In this document: piece after piece, positions 46,144 through 51,290 of the stretch
Layout: each line of letters starts with the position of its first letter
Numbering within the stretch: position 1 is the stretch's first letter
DNA from: an uncultured Candidatus Saccharibacteria bacterium
Lineage (GTDB): Bacteria; Patescibacteriota; Saccharimonadia; CAILAD01; BJGX01
Length of the DNA stretch: 51,290 nt
Direction: 5' to 3'
NCBI GenBank assembly: GCA_964390265.1
Contig: CAYMHI010000006.1
Coordinates: 6,327-57,616 of the forward strand
Program-made: the position numbers and the translations under genes
Notes under the pieces: generated by a model
What the model was told of the DNA's origin: nothing
Database searches by the model: none
What the model saw: the letters and a program-made list of their open reading frames with translations, nothing else

Positions 46144-48891
46144 TTGTATGAGATAATACCTGCAATGCAAAACGAGCCCAAACATCACTACCCTAAACCC
46201 GAAAAAGCCGGTTGGCTGGCCAAACTTTCGCTACGCTCAGTGCGACACCCCAAAACTAGCGCTATTGTCTGGTTGGTAATTTTTATATTTGGTTTGCTTA
46301 GCTATTTGCAGTTTATGCAACGACAGGGGTTTCCGGATGTTCAAGTACCAATTAGCACTGTTACTGGCACGTACTTTGTCAACGATAGAGTAAAAGTAGA
46401 TAGCGAAATAGTTAAACCAATTGTAGATGTGGCCAAAAGCAATCCTAAGGTTAAAAAAACCACAGCTACAACTCTCAATAATGGTTTTAGTATAGTAGTG
46501 CAATACAACGACGGCGTAAATGCCAAGACTGAATCTGAAAACTTACAAAAAAGTATTAAGGCGAGCTACAAAATGCCCGACCAAGCCAAGATAGAATACA
46601 ACAACATTAATGCTAGTAAGTTTTTGAATGAATACGACACATTGGTGGCCGTACGAGCCAGTAACTTAACTACCGAAGAACTTGAGGCCTTGGCTAGTAA
46701 ATACGCCAGTGCGCTTAACGATAAGCTGTCGCCGTCATCTGCGGTAGTGATTTCGGTATTTCAAACTGGTATAAGCCCTTATACGGGGCAAGTAATTAAG
46801 CAGCAAAAGTCGTTTGATTTTTCTGCTACCAGAGTAAACAACCAACTCTCGGCCGTAGAAAGTAGCATAATAATTGGCATAAAAAACCCCAAGGGCACCG
46901 ATATAATTCGCTTTGATGACAAATTGGTAAGTTCACTAAATGAACTAAACGCCCAGCCTGAATTTAAAAACATTCATGGCAGTATTGCCGCCGACCAAGC
47001 CACGGCTATTAAAGAGCAAATTCACTTATTACAGGACAACTTGCTTGAAGGGTTGTTGATAGTAGCCTTGGTATGTATGTTGTTTATTAGTTGGCGAGCC
47101 GGCATTGTAGCTGCTCTTGGCATGATTGGTACATTAACAATGACGCTCGGGGTTCTTTATATTGCCGGCATTTCTCTCAATACCATTACTCTATTTGCCT
47201 TAATTCTATGTTTGGGCTTGATTGTTGATGATACCGTTATTATGGCTGAGGCGATAGATAAATATAAAGACGACTCGCGCAGCTTTGCCGAGGCCGTTAA
47301 GATTGCTGCAAATCACGTTGCTGTGGCTAGTCTAGCTGGAACAATCACAACTATGCTAGCTTTTGCCCCGCTCTTATTTGTAAGTGGTATTCTGGGAGAA
47401 TTTATACGTGTTCTACCAATAACAATTATTACAAGTTTGGCTATATCGCTCTTGGCATCTATTACGTTAATACCATTTTTGGCTAACAAGATAGATAACA
47501 AACCAGCACGCGACTGGCGTAAAACACTAGGTCGATTTAATCCATTTAGATGGGTAGAGTTGGCAATATCTTTTGCTGGAAGCGGTATATTACTATGGTC
47601 AAATACCAAGTGGAGAAAGATATTAGTGAGTGTAATCGCTATTGGTATTAGTATTGAATTTGTTATATTGGGAGCACAATATTTCAATCAATTGAAATTT
47701 GATATTTTTCCAAGTACCAAAGATAGCGATGTAATTAGTATTAATATAGATTATTTACCGGGTAACGATTTAGCTAAAAATATTGTTATTGCCAAAAAAG
47801 TAAATAATATAGTTACATCTACTATCGGCAATGAGATAGAAAGAATAAGCTATAACGGCAGTGGGTCTGTACGATCGGCAAAATTACAAATCAAACTTTC
47901 TTCGTACGCTAACCGTCAACCAACCTCTAAAGAGCTTATCGACAAGATTAATGGTAATTTGGGGGAGATAGAAGGTGCTAATCTTACAGTCGCGCAGGTA
48001 GATGCCGGTCCACCTAAAGACAATTTGCCCTTCAAAGTACAAATATCGGCGCGTAACCGACAAACGGCTAATGAAGCTGCTCAAAAATTAATTCAATTTA
48101 TGCAAACTCATAATTTTGTGCGTTCTAACGGTGAGAGTGTAGCAATTACCGAGGTAGAATATGATGGTCAGCGACCAATCTTGGTGCGTGCTAATGGTGA
48201 CGAAGTGGTGCAAGTCAGCGCTGGTTTTAGCGATAGTGACACTTCGGCGCTAGTTGGATTGGCAGAAAATGAAGTTAAGGAGTTTATAAATAACCCTGCC
48301 AACACAGCCGGCTTACAATCTAGTGATTACCGTTTCGATTTCGGCAACGAAAGCTCCAACCAAGAATCGTTCAAAACTGTACTTATTGCTTTTCCAATAC
48401 TCTTAGTAGTTATGTATATTTTGCTAGCTATACAGTTTAGATCTGTGGTTCAACCTCTACTAATATTTTTGGCTATCCCCTTTAGCTTCTTTGGCGTAGG
48501 TATTGGGCTTTATATTACCAGCAACCCCATTAGCTTTTTTGTAATGGTGGGTTTCTTTGCCCTAATTGGTATATCGGTCAACAACACAATACTACTTACC
48601 GACTTTGCCAACCAACGACGCAAAGAAGGTGATGGGCCTCGCCAGGCCATTGCTAGTGCTCTAAACTCACGAGTACGCCCACTACTCACCACTAGTCTAA
48701 CTGCTGTAGTTGCTCTTATTCCGTTAGCACTAAGTAATCCTTTCTGGGAAAGCCTAGCTGTTACTCTAATATTTGGGGTTATAAGCAGCGTATTTTTGGT
48801 AATTGTAGCCTTCCCTTACTACTACCTATTATTCGAAGGCTCTAGAGTACGCGCCGGCAAATTCTGGCAAAACACAAGAAAAGCTCAGTAA
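46144..48891 (+). CDS. RND-superfamily (AcrB/MMPL-like) transporter
   Basis: 915 aa with two 6-TM bundles, each preceded by a large extracytoplasmic loop. The region ...LLVVMYILLAIQFRSVVQPLLIFLAIPFSFFGVGIGL... fits RND TM10-11. Confidence 0.7.
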   Translation: MYEIIPAMQNEPKHHYPKPEKAGWLAKLSLRSVRHPKTSAIVWLVIFIFGLLSYLQFMQRQGFPDVQVPISTVTGTYFVNDRVKVDSEIVKPIVDVAKSNPKVKKTTATTLNNGFSIVVQYNDGVNAKTESENLQKSIKASYKMPDQAKIEYNNINASKFLNEYDTLVAVRASNLTTEELEALASKYASALNDKLSPSSAVVISVFQTGISPYTGQVIKQQKSFDFSATRVNNQLSAVESSIIIGIKNPKGTDIIRFDDKLVSSLNELNAQPEFKNIHGSIAADQATAIKEQIHLLQDNLLEGLLIVALVCMLFISWRAGIVAALGMIGTLTMTLGVLYIAGISLNTITLFALILCLGLIVDDTVIMAEAIDKYKDDSRSFAEAVKIAANHVAVASLAGTITTMLAFAPLLFVSGILGEFIRVLPITIITSLAISLLASITLIPFLANKIDNKPARDWRKTLGRFNPFRWVELAISFAGSGILLWSNTKWRKILVSVIAIGISIEFVILGAQYFNQLKFDIFPSTKDSDVISINIDYLPGNDLAKNIVIAKKVNNIVTSTIGNEIERISYNGSGSVRSAKLQIKLSSYANRQPTSKELIDKINGNLGEIEGANLTVAQVDAGPPKDNLPFKVQISARNRQTANEAAQKLIQFMQTHNFVRSNGESVAITEVEYDGQRPILVRANGDEVVQVSAGFSDSDTSALVGLAENEVKEFINNPANTAGLQSSDYRFDFGNESSNQESFKTVLIAFPILLVVMYILLAIQFRSVVQPLLIFLAIPFSFFGVGIGLYITSNPISFFVMVGFFALIGISVNNTILLTDFANQRRKEGDGPRQAIASALNSRVRPLLTTSLTAVVALIPLALSNPFWESLAVTLIFGVISSVFLVIVAFPYYYLLFEGSRVRAGKFWQNTRKAQ

Positions 48892-48928
48892 ATATTGAGT
48901 GATTGTAGCTGTTATTTAAAAAGCCTAA

Positions 48929-49567
48929 TTACTTTTCTAAAACTGTAAATACGTGATTCCACTGGCCGGTAGAAATGCCATACTTAACCCATAGTACGCA
49001 CAGAGGTTCTAGCTCACGAGCGCCGGTAATGCCCCCTATATCTACCGGTTGCCAGCCAAAACTTAATAAGATAGTGTGTACTACTTCTTTTGCGCCAGCA
49101 TCGTCTCCGCAGTAAAACATAGTTGGAATTGTTTTGCCAAAACTAGGTTTGTACATATGAGCATTGCCTACTGTATTTAAAGTCTTTACTACTTTAGACT
49201 TTTTGAGCCACTTTTGTACTTGCTCGCCAGCTGAGTCGGTCGTGCCAATTAATAATGATGGTGGCATTCCTGCGCTAAAGTCTAATGGATTGGTAACATC
49301 TATTACTACTTTGCCTTCAAGATTTTTTGGCTCAATCAATGAAATTACTTGCTCTGTAGCTGTCCAAAGAGTACATAAAACAGCAAGTTCGGCAAACTTT
49401 GCAGTGGTGGCAAAATCGCCTATTTCTATATTAAGCTGTTTTTTAATTGACAATGCTTTTTTGCTTTTGGGGTCGCGTGTTGCCATCATTACTTCGTGGC
49501 CCTCACTTTTAAATGCCTTTGCTAATGCCTGACCAACATCGCCACTACCTAATATTCCGACTTTCAT
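48929..49567 (-). CDS. NAD(P)-binding oxidoreductase, F420-dependent NADP reductase (Npd)-like family
   Basis: Rossmann N-terminus MKVGILGSGDVGQALAKAF..HEV. 212 aa. Confidence 0.6.
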   Translation of the reverse strand: MKVGILGSGDVGQALAKAFKSEGHEVMMATRDPKSKKALSIKKQLNIEIGDFATTAKFAELAVLCTLWTATEQVISLIEPKNLEGKVVIDVTNPLDFSAGMPPSLLIGTTDSAGEQVQKWLKKSKVVKTLNTVGNAHMYKPSFGKTIPTMFYCGDDAGAKEVVHTILLSFGWQPVDIGGITGARELEPLCVLWVKYGISTGQWNHVFTVLEK

Positions 49568-49592
49568 AATAGTATCTCCACCAAATATTTAT

Positions 49593-49850
49593 TTAATTAA
49601 GCCTAGCAATTTCCTCTTGATTAATACCATTTTCAACATTATTAAAGCCAAGAAATACTAGTTTTTGTTTAGCTTGCTCTGCCCTAGCTCCGCTCCGGCA
49701 ATAAACCACTATTTGATCTTCTTTGTTAATTTGCGACAAAGTATCGTTATTGTTATTAATAATACCTACAGGCACATTTAGTGCACCAGCCACATGACTA
49801 GCGGCATATTCTTCGGGCTCTCGTACATCAATATATATAGTTTTACTCAT
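49593..49850 (-). CDS. Single-domain rhodanese (sulfurtransferase)
   Basis: IDVREPEEY...VVYCRSGARA contains the active-site CRSG loop. 85 aa. Confidence 0.85.
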   Translation of the reverse strand: MSKTIYIDVREPEEYAASHVAGALNVPVGIINNNNDTLSQINKEDQIVVYCRSGARAEQAKQKLVFLGFNNVENGINQEEIARLN

Positions 49851-49914
49851 ATAGACATTATATCATTATTTACATAAGGGTTTATATGCCGTAATAATTT
49901 GTTATGATAGATTA

Positions 49915-50490
49915 ATGACAGTTAAAAGCAACAAGCTATATTATTATTTAATTACGATTGGTGGCTTAATGGGTGGTTTGGCGTCTTTTATGCAGCTAAT
50001 CGAAAAGATCCACATACTCAAAAATCCGCAAATTAATTTGCTTTGTAATGTTAACGAGGTAGTAAATTGCACTAATGTATTGAGCGCGCCTCAAAGCGCA
50101 GTTTTTGGATTCCCCAACTCAATGATGAGTCTGGTTTTATTTGTGATATTTTTTACCATTGGCTTGGTGGGTATTAGCGGCGGAAAAGTATCAAAAATAT
50201 CATTAAAGATAATATTTATATTAAGTTTATTTACACTTGGCTTTGGCTCTTGGTTCTTATGGCAAAGCACATTTGTAATTGGTGCTATTTGCCTATACTG
50301 TATTGCTAATTTTTTTGGTCTAATACTTATCAATGCCGGCTTAGCTCGAATTAATTATTTTGAAAGGAATAATAATAAATCAAAGAATATTTTGCCCGAC
50401 AAGATAATGGCCAATAACTATGATTATTTATTGTGGGGGCTGTATAGCCTAGCAGTACTTGCAACAATCTACATTAAACTTGGATTATAA
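49915..50490 (+). CDS. Vitamin K epoxide reductase (VKOR) family protein (DsbB-like thiol oxidase)
   Basis: Loop Cys pair LCNVNEVVNC and a CxxC in the TM helix (AICLYCIANF). Four or five TM helices, 191 aa. Confidence 0.7.
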   Translation: MTVKSNKLYYYLITIGGLMGGLASFMQLIEKIHILKNPQINLLCNVNEVVNCTNVLSAPQSAVFGFPNSMMSLVLFVIFFTIGLVGISGGKVSKISLKIIFILSLFTLGFGSWFLWQSTFVIGAICLYCIANFFGLILINAGLARINYFERNNNKSKNILPDKIMANNYDYLLWGLYSLAVLATIYIKLGL

Positions 50491-50493
50491 ATC

Positions 50494-51290
50494 TCAACGT
50501 TTGCTACAACTTTGAGTAGAAACTGAGTTAAAATTATTTTGAGCTTCGCTTAATACGTTTTTTAAAACTGGTGAGGTAATAGAATAGCCAATAGCGTCGC
50601 CGTTGTCGGCGGCGGCAAACACCATACCCACTACAGTACCGTCGGGTAACACCACCGGTCCACCCGAGTTACCCTGTACTATAGTAGATTGCAACTCGTA
50701 TACACTGCGGGGCGCCATGCCGTTGCCATATATGTTTAAACCTACAGCATTTAAATTGCGCAATATACTTGCCGAGTTAGCCCTAAAATTGCCGCCTCCA
50801 GGATAACCCAGCACAACGGCCGCCGTACCTCGGGGCTTAATTGAATCATCTATTACCAATGGTTGACCAACCAAGTTGCTTGTTCTAAGTATTGCTATGT
50901 CTAAGTCGGGATTAAAATATACTACAGTAGCCTTGTGTTGACCCCTAGTGTCTTCAACTGCAACCTGACTAGTACCAGCAACTACGTGAGCATTGGTCAT
51001 TACTAGGTTTGGAGCAGCCACAAAGCCTGATCCATAAAGTATTCCGCCACAACCTGGTGCACCAATCCGCACCGTAGAACGCCCTGCCGCCTTAACGGCA
51101 GCCTGAATATCTGCTGAGCCAGTTGGTGCGACTGGTTCGGTAAGCGCAGGTGGCTCGCCGGCAAATACCTGCGGAAACTCCAGCGGAGTTATTAAGCCGT
51201 TTATTCTTGCCAGTATAGCTGGCGTGGGCGGCAAGTTACTATCTAGAGTTTTAACAATTAGTGAATTTTGCAGTTGTTGATTTATAGCCA
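50494..51290 (-). CDS. Trypsin-like serine protease (S1 family), 5' end probably beyond the window
   Basis: Catalytic triad in motifs TNAHVV (His), DLDIAIL (Asp) and GNSGGPV (Ser). The listed ORF starts with a TTG at 51234, but the frame stays open to 51290. Confidence 0.8.
   Translation of the reverse strand, partial: AINQQLQNSLIVKTLDSNLPPTPAILARINGLITPLEFPQVFAGEPPALTEPVAPTGSADIQAAVKAAGRSTVRIGAPGCGGILYGSGFVAAPNLVMTNAHVVAGTSQVAVEDTRGQHKATVVYFNPDLDIAILRTSNLVGQPLVIDDSIKPRGTAAVVLGYPGGGNFRANSASILRNLNAVGLNIYGNGMAPRSVYELQSTIVQGNSGGPVVLPDGTVVGMVFAAADNGDAIGYSITSPVLKNVLSEAQNNFNSVSTQSCSKR

Noticed and set aside
1-51290. CRISPR arrays, rRNA genes, tRNA genes, IS elements or transposases
   Set aside because: No regularly spaced direct repeats. 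No transposase or integrase-like ORFs, and none with RT motifs such as YADD. No rRNA or tRNA consensus sequences found by eye.

Overview
This 51.3-kb window is low-GC (about 40%) bacterial chromosome, densely packed on both strands, with no rRNA, tRNA or CRISPR array that I can support. The gene content suggests a small-genome monoderm, possibly a Patescibacteria/Saccharibacteria-like organism; this is an inference, not shown by the sequence. The first ~11 kb are core genes: signal peptidase I, parA-parB, ribosomal protein L21, trxB and the GTPase BipA. A clear heliorhodopsin (6503..7279) sits in this block. The rest of the window is accessory-like. It holds many N-terminally anchored or secreted proteins, transporters (ABC-2, MacB/FtsX, APC, RND-like) and a stress/repair set (Hsp20 behind a CIRCE operator, SRAP/YedK next to a Y-family polymerase, NUDIX, MazG, pirin, TspO, VKOR, rhodanese). 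Two observations stand out. First, several sharply GC-rich patches (about 55-60% GC) lie inside the AT-rich background. Three of them are 11.5-12.0 kb, 18.75-19.27 kb and 24.1-27.2 kb (a flotillin plus lipoprotein pair). Each carries its own genes, and at least two are driven by host-type sigma70 promoters, which fits horizontal acquisition from a high-GC donor. Second, a very AT-rich (about 30% GC) putative defense island runs 31.6-36.5 kb. In it an EcoRI-family N6-adenine methyltransferase overlaps by 4 nt a DUF262(ParB-like)-HNH nuclease. These are followed by a 290-aa unknown protein with an Rx4H motif and a DUF2130 protein, and preceded by a MazG-like NTP pyrophosphohydrolase. I do not recognise this gene combination as a described restriction-modification or defense system. 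Start codons are uncertain for several genes, and GTG/TTG starts and SD-less or leaderless starts appear to be common.
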